Under the pieces are notes generated by a model. It was not told the origin of the DNA. It did not search any database and saw nothing but the letters and a program-made list of their open reading frames with translations. From assembly GCA_025210735.1 (NCBI GenBank), contig JAOARD010000047.1, forward strand, positions 69,579 through 133,578: a DNA stretch of 64,000 bases, given 5' to 3'. Shown piece by piece: positions 18,468-26,883 of the stretch (the stretch's first letter is position 1; every line of letters starts with the position of its first letter). Origin of the DNA: Bacteroidales bacterium. Its GTDB lineage: Bacteria; Bacteroidota; Bacteroidia; Bacteroidales; UBA6680. A program made the position numbers and the translations under genes.

Positions 18468-18654
18468 TGCCATTAATTATATAACCGAAGACTCCAAAAT
18501 CGGTTTCTTCGGTTATACAATATGCTTCTGTACTAAAAGAGTATAGTATAAACACAATCTACCACAAAACACTATTAATGAACAATATGTTACAATAGGC
18601 ATAACTATTTTCTTAACTTTATACAGTGTATACTACAATATTAATTACCTAAAC

Positions 18655-19812
18655 ATGAAAAAAATTGTAATAGCCCTGTTAATTCTAATTACCCCAAAAA
18701 TTCTGTTTTCGCAACAGACATTAGTAAGTTCAATTGATTCAAAAATTCTTAATGAGAAGAGAACCATCAGGATACATTTGCCAAAATCTTACGATAAGGA
18801 GAAATCATTCCCTTTGATTCTGACATTTGACGGAGAGTATATGTTTTATAGTTTAATCGGCAACACCGAACTATTACTTGCAACAGATAAAATACCAGAA
18901 GTTATTGTTGTTGGTATTGATCAGAACTACGAAGATTCAACAAACAGTTATATCAGATGGCACGATTGTAATTACAATTCCAAAACCGGAGAACCTATTG
19001 ATAAAGGAGTAAAGTTCAAGAAGTTTATAACCGACGAATTGATTCCATATTTAACGGAGAGATATAAAGCAGGAACATACAGAACTCTATCTGGTCACTC
19101 TTTAACCGCAAGCTACTCAAATTTCTTTCTTTCTGATAATTCTGTTTTCAACTCTTTTATACTGATTAGCCCTTATGTTCCTAAGACTATTTCTGAGAAA
19201 ATAATAAGCTCCTTATCTGGTAATAATAATATAGTATCGTATTATATGAGTACCGGTGAATTTGATTTAAGAGGGCATCTAAAAACGGTAAGTATATTAG
19301 ATAGTACAATAAATGCAAGTGCTATTAACAAAGGTATTGAATACTCTTTTAATAACTTCGATAAAGAGACTCACTACTCATTAATAAACAGAAGTTTACC
19401 ATACGGGCTAAAAACAGTATTCAGAGATTATCAGATAATAACTGACAAAGAAGTTAAGTCAGAGAAAGATTTATTAGCCTTTTTAAAAGAGAAATATAAA
19501 AGGATTAATAATAAATATGGTATTAACCTCTCTATACGAAAAGACCACTTAGAAGCTTTGTATTGGGAAGCAGAAGAGAGAGAAGATTGGAGATCGTTAA
19601 AAGAGATAGGTGAGTTCAGCATAAAAATATATCCTGAATATGCTGATGGATACTTTATGTTATCGGAAGTTGAGGAGAACAATAAAAATTACAGTTCTGC
19701 GCTGGAGTTATACAAAAAAGGATTCTCTAAATTGGGCGATGACGTTTTAAATAAAGATGATTTTTACAGAGATCTTAAAAGGCTCGAAAAACTAGCTGAA
19801 GGGGTTAAGTAG
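18655..19812 (+). CDS. Secreted alpha/beta-hydrolase (putative esterase family) with a C-terminal helical/TPR-like tail.
   Basis: 385 aa with a signal peptide. 'R.I.IHLPKSYD...FPLILTFDGEYMF', 'VVGID' and 'LSGHSLTA' (a nucleophile-elbow variant) follow the order seen in PF00756-type esterases, from memory. Confidence 0.55.
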   Translation: MKKIVIALLILITPKILFSQQTLVSSIDSKILNEKRTIRIHLPKSYDKEKSFPLILTFDGEYMFYSLIGNTELLLATDKIPEVIVVGIDQNYEDSTNSYIRWHDCNYNSKTGEPIDKGVKFKKFITDELIPYLTERYKAGTYRTLSGHSLTASYSNFFLSDNSVFNSFILISPYVPKTISEKIISSLSGNNNIVSYYMSTGEFDLRGHLKTVSILDSTINASAINKGIEYSFNNFDKETHYSLINRSLPYGLKTVFRDYQIITDKEVKSEKDLLAFLKEKYKRINNKYGINLSIRKDHLEALYWEAEEREDWRSLKEIGEFSIKIYPEYADGYFMLSEVEENNKNYSSALELYKKGFSKLGDDVLNKDDFYRDLKRLEKLAEGVK

Positions 19813-19830
19813 ATAAAACTGTTAAAATAA

Positions 19831-20277
19831 ATGGGATACAATAGAGAGATTATTGTAATAAAGAAAATAGATTATAATAGTTACACAGCAACTGATCTGG
19901 TTAATTATCTTAAAGAAACTATATGGTATCCTTCACTTTTTGTAATAGACACAGGTGATGATTTTAACTGGATTCAACTTGAAAAAGCAGAAAATGGGGA
20001 ACTAGAGTTTGAGCATATATTAAAAAGCAAAACACTCAGAGATGAATATATTGGATTTACCATCATAAACAAACATAATAACAGAATAGTAACAGTTAAC
20101 TTAAACTCTTCAGAAATAATTTTTACACTAGATATTGGTAAAGATGATAATGAATCTGAATGGTTTGAATGGTACTATAACAGTTTAATTAAACAATCTG
20201 ACGAACTGTTTGAGATATCAAGCAGAATTGAGTTTAGAAGTGGATATAATAATGAAGTTATAGAAACTATAGAGTAA
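19831..20277 (+). CDS. Hypothetical small acidic cytoplasmic protein.
   Basis: 148-aa ORF, 19 nt after the esterase stop. It has no signal peptide and very low GC (about 23% in the line I counted). Confidence 0.5.
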   Translation: MGYNREIIVIKKIDYNSYTATDLVNYLKETIWYPSLFVIDTGDDFNWIQLEKAENGELEFEHILKSKTLRDEYIGFTIINKHNNRIVTVNLNSSEIIFTLDIGKDDNESEWFEWYYNSLIKQSDELFEISSRIEFRSGYNNEVIETIE

Positions 20278-20443
20278 AGATATATACTATAAAACATTAC
20301 ATTAATTAATAGTAGTAACTAACCTTATTATAAATTTCAGACACCATGAAATTATATTATCAGGCATAATATTATCAATAGTATTAATTTACAACCATTT
20401 ATTTTCTTTATTAATAACACTAAAGGTTTACCCATAAAACCTA

Positions 20444-20896
20444 CTACTCTTTTCCTTTGGCATGAGATGGATATTTTATTATATAGTATACATTCCCTAA
20501 TGACATAAAAAGTCCAAATATCATCAATACAATCCATAACCATGTAGCTTTTGAATATGGATATATAACTTCTCCATCTACAATAAGTTGTTCTATATTA
20601 TTATTCTCATTATACCATATTTTAGCCCTCTTTCCAACAATTGCTTTTTCTGTCAATACTGGAAACATTTTCTCATAATATATACTATACCATCTATCAT
20701 TAACCTTAATATCAAAAGGGGCATCATCCCATCTTATTTGAGTATGTGTTATATTTCCTTCAACTATTGGATAATCATCAGCTGTTTTATTTAGGTTATT
20801 AATACTATAAAAGAAAATTATAATACCTATAAAAACAAACCAAAATGATCTATAATAGGAAGATTTAAGAAAAAATGATTTTGTCTTTGTATCCAT
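20444..20896 (-). CDS. Small two-TM membrane protein, translationally coupled to the 1443-aa gene.
   Basis: 150 aa. It has hydrophobic helices FWFVFIGIIIFFYSI and WLWIVLMIFGLFMSLG around a ~90-aa loop. Its ATG overlaps the upstream stop as TAATG at 20896. Confidence 0.65.
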   Translation of the reverse strand: MDTKTKSFFLKSSYYRSFWFVFIGIIIFFYSINNLNKTADDYPIVEGNITHTQIRWDDAPFDIKVNDRWYSIYYEKMFPVLTEKAIVGKRAKIWYNENNNIEQLIVDGEVIYPYSKATWLWIVLMIFGLFMSLGNVYYIIKYPSHAKGKE

Positions 20897-23800
20897 TATT
20901 TATTAAGTTCTTTTTCTATTTCAAGTATAAGTGTATTTATGTCCTTAAACAATTCTGGATCAATTTCATTAACCAATAAAGCTTTTGATGAAGACCATGA
21001 TAAACTCAAATCAGTAAATAAATCTCTATCTTTATTAATATTTCTGATGTCAAAAACAGCAAGGTCATAAATCATAGTAAATTTCCTCCAATTTGATAAG
21101 AAGCTAGAACCTGCACTAGTTTTCTTTTCTATAAGTCTATATATACGCTTATTCAATAAGACTAAATCTACAGATGATTTAATAACACCAATCAATTTAA
21201 TGCTAAAAACAAACTTTCCAACCTTTGATATAGCTTGAAGTTCCCCTAATCCCACCGCTAAAGAAATTAGTGTAACAGCAATATCTATAGATCTTAATTC
21301 TGTTTCTCTATACATATTATAATTTATCCATTCAAAATAAAATGCTGGTAAAGGAACAACATCGTTATGTACAGATTCCTTAAGGTGTCCATAATTTGAT
21401 TTCAGTTCCAAACCTATCAGATCGCAATATCCAACTGATTTTTTATAACCAATAAAAGCTGTTGTTGTATTTGCGGTTTTATTATATGCAGCGTAAGGAC
21501 TCTCCATCTGTTCATTTCTATATGTTAACGAAACATTTCCTGTTACAATTAACGAATCCGGTTTCTTTGTAAATGAGTTAGTTATTGATATCCCAATATT
21601 ACCTGTTCTAGTCTCATTAACAAATAATCTAGTATGTGGTAAATTAATCAATTTTTCTCTTATATCATCTTGCTGATAAAACAGTATTGTCAAAGCTCTA
21701 ATAAAATTAGTATAGTTTTTAAATGATACGTTACCATCACTTCTTAGTTTATAGAAAAGCTTTGTTCTTCCCAATATCTCAAAAAACGTTATAGCATTAT
21801 GATTTGGCGTTGTATTTATCAGATCAACAATTGTACTTATATTCTCATTTGCATTCTCTGACAACTTCTCTATATAATCCACTCGTCTTTCACTAGATAA
21901 TGCTTCATAAAAACATTTTGGTAGTTGTTTAATAATAGATCCTATATCTTCTTTATTATCCAATTTATTTAATAAGATCTCAATATCTCTATCGACTTCA
22001 GATTTATCAGAAATAATATAATTATAAAGCCATTTAGCGGACTCAGAATCTCCATATAGCTTCTTCCCATATACAGAAAATTCCAACTTAGACTTATCCT
22101 TACCAACAGATACGGTGTTGTTGTCTATGTTTACAATATTTACATTAATATAAGAACTATTCTTATCCTGCAACTCTGCAACAATTCTTGTAAAGTTTCT
22201 TCCTATCAAGGAAACTGAAGCATCTTCAATTGGTTCTTTACGTAACTTATAATATTCCCGCATATTCAACAATTCTTTATTCCAATATCTCATACATCTG
22301 ATATCTTGAATAATTGAACTTATCCATGTTACCGGAGCGTATTCCCCCTCCTCTTCGTCCTGGAAGAGGCCGGTCATATTTTCGGGGTTGTGGCAGTAGT
22401 CCCATTGGTATTTGAAGAGGGCTGTTGAGTCTGGTGATATTGTGTAGTCCATAAGGTTGTTGGTTGTTCCACGAACCAGAGGATAACTGCTGTTGCTGCA
22501 GAATGTATGCCACAGGCGGAATATCCCGTGTCCGCACTCATGGGCTACGGTATGTACAAACTCTTTTGACGACATCTGTTCAGGGTTAAATACAAATCCT
22601 ACCTGTGTTTTAAGTGCCCAGCGTCCTTTTAATCCTAATCGGTTTGTTCTTCCCGTAGAGGCCTCAGGAGCCATTACTATATAAAAACTACCATTGTCGT
22701 AAGCAGGGTGTCGTCTTACAGCTTTCTTAAATGCACGTGTTTCGCGGGTATAGTTACTTATCAGTCCTGTCTCTCCGGCATCAACTTTTCCGTCGCCATC
22801 TTTATCAAACCTCACCTTGCCAAGATCAATCTCCGAAACACGGAAACTGATTATACTCTGACTATATATCCTGTTTAGTTCACGTTGCAGTTCCGATACT
22901 GGCACTGCCGGATTATTTCCGTTTGCTTTTGCCACAACAAGATCAACAGGCTGATTACTATATGATATTACATCTATCCAAGCAAGTTCTTTTATAACCT
23001 TGTTACCTTCATCATCTTTGGTTATATATTGTGCTGTTACCCTGTTAACATCTTCGTGTGAGGTTCCTGTAAGCTGTACCTTAATATACTGTGCTTTTCT
23101 GTTCTTACCTGCTGTTGTTTGTGCTGTAAGTTTTTTACTATTACTATCTGTAAATAGTATATGCTCTCTGGTAAGTGTATCAATATCTGTTACCAGTTCT
23201 GCAACTATATATGCGCTCTTACCGGACTCAACAGATCGCCAAGGGATGTAGTAATTATTATCGTCATACTGATACCTATTGTAAGCTCCACCAGTTATCA
23301 TCTGGTTATAACGTGGTAGATCAAATCCTCCCGTTACATCAAGTGGTGATATAAATCGTAACCTTACAGATTCTCCACTACCGTTATCCGATCCTGAACC
23401 TCCCGATCCTCCGGCACCACCTCCTGATGTCTTTATTACCTCACCTCCTTTAACCACATATGTATCAGTTGCAGATGAATTGCTATCACCTGTCCCTCCT
23501 GTTTTATCAACAATAGTAATCTCCTTTTTTCCTGTCTTTATTGTATCGCCTTTTGTATCAACAATTATTATATCACCTTTATTATCAATAATAACTGTAT
23601 CCACTCCACTACCATTTGTTAACGACAGAGTATCGCCCGATATACTAAACTTATCATCATCAGTATCATCTGTGGTTGAATTATCGTTACCACACACTCT
23701 GAACTTAACATCATCGCCCCTTACAGACAGTACTTTTCCTTTTGACACCTGCATACTATTTGTAACAGTGATATTTCTGAAGTAGTGTTTTATCTTTGCT

Positions 23801-25227
23801 CCAACCAGAGGTACAAACATATCGCAGGTTCCTGAAAACTGTCCGTCTGATCCCTCTACAGATGTTATTGTTGCCGGAAACCCATTTACTGTTATTACAT
23901 CATCTACCTGAAGCTCTGCCAATGGTGTATAATCTGTGATATCAACACTTATCTCCTGTCCGGTACATTTCAGTTCACGATAACTATTATCAGGCACAGG
24001 TGTACTAAACGATAAAGGATATGTCCAGTCGCTATATATACCATTATCGCATATATTCCGAATCTGTATCTCATATGTTCTGTCTGCACTAAGCTGATTT
24101 ATTAACACCGACCCTTCGCTGCTGTTATAGGTATACCAGTCGCTGACATCATCACCAATCTCTCTTACACGTAACTCCGACTCCTGATCAACATCATCAT
24201 TCTGCCACTCTACTGTGGTGTTGCTGTTTCTTACATCCCGTGTTGATATATTGTAAGGCTTGCGACACTCCTGCCCAAAGGTAAATGACTTAGGCTGACT
24301 ATATCCGTTATTCTTAAACAACAGATAGTTTTCGTTATCAACAACACGTATTCGCCATACATAACTTCTTCCTGGAATAAGCATTGGATTATCTGAGTTA
24401 TATATCAGTGTAGTAAAATCTGTATCAGTTGTAAATATTGGTCGCTGAGAGCGTACAACAATCTCAGGCGATACAGACAGGTCCTTCTGTTCAAATAGCT
24501 GAAATATATAATTAATCTCCGAGTTGCCTACAGGTGCACTAATATGGCGCCTAACCCATGTAAATGTTATATTCTGTGGATATCTGGCTATAATAGTACT
24601 TCCATTTTCGGGCTGTACCTGTAACGGAGGATCGTTTTCTCTAATCCAGATAACATTTATTGCCTGATTTGATATTGGTATATTTCGGTGATACTCATAT
24701 ACCTTAACTTTAATTCTGTATAGCCCTTCGGGCAATCGTAAACTGCGCTGGAACAGGTTACTACCCGTACCTGTTGCATTAACAGCTTGCTTGCTAAAAT
24801 ATTGCGATAACTCACTATCCTCAATTTTGTAACTCTCTCCACCATTTATATATATTGGTCGCGGAGTAAACGATTGATTTGTACTTATTGTAAATCCGTT
24901 GCTGTTCTCTATTGAGAAATAGATACGAATTGGCAAAGGTCGTGTACTATTAAAATCCTTGTACAATACCCTGATGTTAAACAGAGGGTTTATTCCGCTA
25001 TAGTAATTCTCTAAAAGTGGTGAATTTGGAGTACCAATATTAAGTGTTACCTGAACCGGATACCCTTGCGATTCTGCTCTTATAAACAGTGTTAAAAAAA
25101 GAGTAATAATTAAAATCAGACGCAACAGAGTTTTGTTTAACCATTCTGAAATGGGAAAATCAGATGTACTGAAACTGATATGATGCAGTACTGATGTTCT
25201 TAATACAGGGGACTCAGACCAGTGCAT
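20896..25227 (-). CDS. Giant secreted multidomain protein with an Fn3-like domain, a Gly/Ser linker, a zincin (HExxH) metallopeptidase-like domain and an AT-rich helical C-terminal module.
   Basis: 1443-aa ORF. Hydrophobic signal-like segment LLRLILIITLFLTLFIRAES. The Fn3-like segment is 'NTTVEWQNDD...YEIQIRNICDNGIYSDWTYPLSFST'. The linker is 'GGGAGGSGGSGSDNGSGE'. There is a 'DKDGDGKVD' Ca-binding-like loop. The zincin motif is 'HTVAHECGHGIFRLWH'. A hydrophobic stretch, IDIAVTLISLAVGLG, lies near the C-terminus, and there is no T9SS CTD. Confidence 0.8.
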   Translation of the reverse strand: MHWSESPVLRTSVLHHISFSTSDFPISEWLNKTLLRLILIITLFLTLFIRAESQGYPVQVTLNIGTPNSPLLENYYSGINPLFNIRVLYKDFNSTRPLPIRIYFSIENSNGFTISTNQSFTPRPIYINGGESYKIEDSELSQYFSKQAVNATGTGSNLFQRSLRLPEGLYRIKVKVYEYHRNIPISNQAINVIWIRENDPPLQVQPENGSTIIARYPQNITFTWVRRHISAPVGNSEINYIFQLFEQKDLSVSPEIVVRSQRPIFTTDTDFTTLIYNSDNPMLIPGRSYVWRIRVVDNENYLLFKNNGYSQPKSFTFGQECRKPYNISTRDVRNSNTTVEWQNDDVDQESELRVREIGDDVSDWYTYNSSEGSVLINQLSADRTYEIQIRNICDNGIYSDWTYPLSFSTPVPDNSYRELKCTGQEISVDITDYTPLAELQVDDVITVNGFPATITSVEGSDGQFSGTCDMFVPLVGAKIKHYFRNITVTNSMQVSKGKVLSVRGDDVKFRVCGNDNSTTDDTDDDKFSISGDTLSLTNGSGVDTVIIDNKGDIIIVDTKGDTIKTGKKEITIVDKTGGTGDSNSSATDTYVVKGGEVIKTSGGGAGGSGGSGSDNGSGESVRLRFISPLDVTGGFDLPRYNQMITGGAYNRYQYDDNNYYIPWRSVESGKSAYIVAELVTDIDTLTREHILFTDSNSKKLTAQTTAGKNRKAQYIKVQLTGTSHEDVNRVTAQYITKDDEGNKVIKELAWIDVISYSNQPVDLVVAKANGNNPAVPVSELQRELNRIYSQSIISFRVSEIDLGKVRFDKDGDGKVDAGETGLISNYTRETRAFKKAVRRHPAYDNGSFYIVMAPEASTGRTNRLGLKGRWALKTQVGFVFNPEQMSSKEFVHTVAHECGHGIFRLWHTFCSNSSYPLVRGTTNNLMDYTISPDSTALFKYQWDYCHNPENMTGLFQDEEEGEYAPVTWISSIIQDIRCMRYWNKELLNMREYYKLRKEPIEDASVSLIGRNFTRIVAELQDKNSSYINVNIVNIDNNTVSVGKDKSKLEFSVYGKKLYGDSESAKWLYNYIISDKSEVDRDIEILLNKLDNKEDIGSIIKQLPKCFYEALSSERRVDYIEKLSENANENISTIVDLINTTPNHNAITFFEILGRTKLFYKLRSDGNVSFKNYTNFIRALTILFYQQDDIREKLINLPHTRLFVNETRTGNIGISITNSFTKKPDSLIVTGNVSLTYRNEQMESPYAAYNKTANTTTAFIGYKKSVGYCDLIGLELKSNYGHLKESVHNDVVPLPAFYFEWINYNMYRETELRSIDIAVTLISLAVGLGELQAISKVGKFVFSIKLIGVIKSSVDLVLLNKRIYRLIEKKTSAGSSFLSNWRKFTMIYDLAVFDIRNINKDRDLFTDLSLSWSSSKALLVNEIDPELFKDINTLILEIEKELNK

Positions 25228-25292
25228 ATTTAAGTTCTAGTAGCAGTTCAACTATAGTGTAAACTACTCTTTATATTAAAGATAATGAATTA

Positions 25293-25709
25293 TCAGGAAG
25301 TAATAAACCTATTTTTAATCTTATTATCCGGAATTTCGCACGTCTCTCTCTTTCCAAAAATCCGATATCTGTTTCTTGATATTAACATATATATAGAATC
25401 GCGTATTGGAGCCGGAATATATATAAGGTAGTAGAGGAATCTCCACAACCTGTTTAGTTCACGCGATATTAACAGAGCGGCAGTGCTCTTAACGTATATA
25501 TTACCAGAGCATATATAAACAAGTGTTTTGTTTGATATATGCTCTGCTTTATACCTTTTTAACAGATCTTTACTAAAATCCGATTGCATCGCCGCAAACC
25601 TGAAGATCTGTTTATGGTCGTGTTTTATTATAAATCTTACGGAACTGTTACAAAGGTTACACACTCCGTCAAACAGTACTATATGTTTATGTATGTTATC
25701 GTCATTCAC
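25293..25709 (-). CDS. DCC-family thiol-disulfide oxidoreductase (DUF393).
   Basis: 138 aa. The N-terminal 'VLFDGVCNLCNSSVRFIIKHD' is the DUF393/DCC1 CxxC signature. Confidence 0.8.
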   Translation of the reverse strand: MNDDNIHKHIVLFDGVCNLCNSSVRFIIKHDHKQIFRFAAMQSDFSKDLLKRYKAEHISNKTLVYICSGNIYVKSTAALLISRELNRLWRFLYYLIYIPAPIRDSIYMLISRNRYRIFGKRETCEIPDNKIKNRFITS

Positions 25710-25740
25710 TCAGATAAAACACCTGCTAAGCCTTGTTGGT

Positions 25741-26694
25741 TCAAAAACTGACAGCCATATACATACCCAATATGTAGTTTTCAAAATTTATCTCTTTGTC
25801 AGATCTCAGATAGTTATCCATAGAGTATATCATTGGTGTTTTATAGAGTTTTACCTGATACCCGCCATAAGCTCCCAGATATAAAAGATCGTTGGTTGAT
25901 ACCGGTATCTTAAAACCAATATTGAATCCCGCGTACCCAACAAACTGATTAAATCTCAAATCAAGCTCTTTGTCTTTCAGATATGTCTCCAAATCAATTG
26001 TATGTGTGGCATCGCTATTTATTAACCTGTAATGCATTAGTTTAACAGCAACTCTTGGAGCAACAAAGAATATTTTGTTATCAATAAATTTGTACTCAAA
26101 AGCAAGCCCATACTGTGTAGTATTAAACTGCACATCCAAATCTCTATTCAATGAATCTTTTCGCCAATTAGCACCTATACTAAATCCCAGATAGTACTTT
26201 TTATACTCCGCTCCTATCTCAATAGCAGCAAGTGTTTGTGTACCCGACATAAAGTCTGTGTTATAGTTGTTCAGCAGAGAGTTATACTGTTTAAAACTTA
26301 CTCCGTATACATTTACATCTATACTTAGCCTCATCCTTATTGGTGCAAACAGTAATTTTGGGCTTTCAGGCTCCTTCTCTTTATAAACAACAGTGTGTTT
26401 ATTACCTGATAGTTTCACCTGCAAATCAGTGGTGTTTCCGTCAATCTTTACTAGTTTTGACTTATATCCGATTAACGAGAAAGTGAGAGTCAGCGAATCG
26501 TTACTGCTCTTATCTATTGTAAATTTACCATTGGTATCGGTAAATGAAAAGCCTCCGTTATTTATATTAATTGTAACACTTTTTAATGGTTTGTTTGTTA
26601 AAGAGTCAATTACCAAACCATTTATGGTTGTGCTCTGTGCAATTACAAACAGAGGGATAACAAGGGTTATCAACAGGGTATACAGACGTTTCAT
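25741..26694 (-). CDS. Outer-membrane protein with a carboxypeptidase-regulatory-like (CarboxypepD_reg) N-domain and a beta-barrel.
   Basis: Start chosen at MKRLYTLLITLVIPLFVIAQS (ATG at 26694). 'INGLVIDSLTNKPLKSVTININ...TDTNGKFTI' is the CarboxypepD_reg pattern. The rest has alternating-hydrophobicity strands and a terminal aromatic residue (...MAVSF). Confidence 0.6.
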   Translation of the reverse strand: MKRLYTLLITLVIPLFVIAQSTTINGLVIDSLTNKPLKSVTININNGGFSFTDTNGKFTIDKSSNDSLTLTFSLIGYKSKLVKIDGNTTDLQVKLSGNKHTVVYKEKEPESPKLLFAPIRMRLSIDVNVYGVSFKQYNSLLNNYNTDFMSGTQTLAAIEIGAEYKKYYLGFSIGANWRKDSLNRDLDVQFNTTQYGLAFEYKFIDNKIFFVAPRVAVKLMHYRLINSDATHTIDLETYLKDKELDLRFNQFVGYAGFNIGFKIPVSTNDLLYLGAYGGYQVKLYKTPMIYSMDNYLRSDKEINFENYILGMYMAVSF

Positions 26695-26824
26695 AGTAAA
26701 AAAAAAATTTACCATACTAAACCCGCAAATTCAGCAATGCAAAACCAAACTCAATATTACCGGTTTTGTATGTTTTGTGTTTTAATCAATTATTAAGGTA
26801 CTAAATTTACAAACAAAGACTATA

Positions 26825-26858
26825 CCAAAACGGCAGATATATGTAAGTATATCTGCCG
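26825..26858 (-). terminator. Intrinsic terminator after the 745-aa lipoprotein gene.
   Basis: cggcagatata (26831..26841) and tatatctgccg (26848..26858) form a perfect 11-bp stem. On the minus strand it is followed by uuuugg. Confidence 0.65.
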
Positions 26859-26883
26859 TCTATCTCAGTTATTTTATATTATT

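Noticed and set aside
22277-22684. Alternative-frame ORFs 22277..22537 (-) and 22493..22684 (+) in the GC-richer zincin core of the giant gene.
   Set aside because: Locally higher GC reduces stop-codon frequency and so creates spurious ORFs. The main frame carries the HExxH motif and continues for 1443 codons.
20896-25227. Calling the giant protein a classical Rhs/YD-repeat, CdiA or T6SS-type polymorphic toxin.
   Set aside because: I see no YD/Rhs repeats, no FHA/TPS domain, no PAAR/VgrG or MIX-type marker, and no recognisable C-terminal nuclease or deaminase motif. Only the modular layout and the GC break are suggestive, so I report it as an unassigned architecture.
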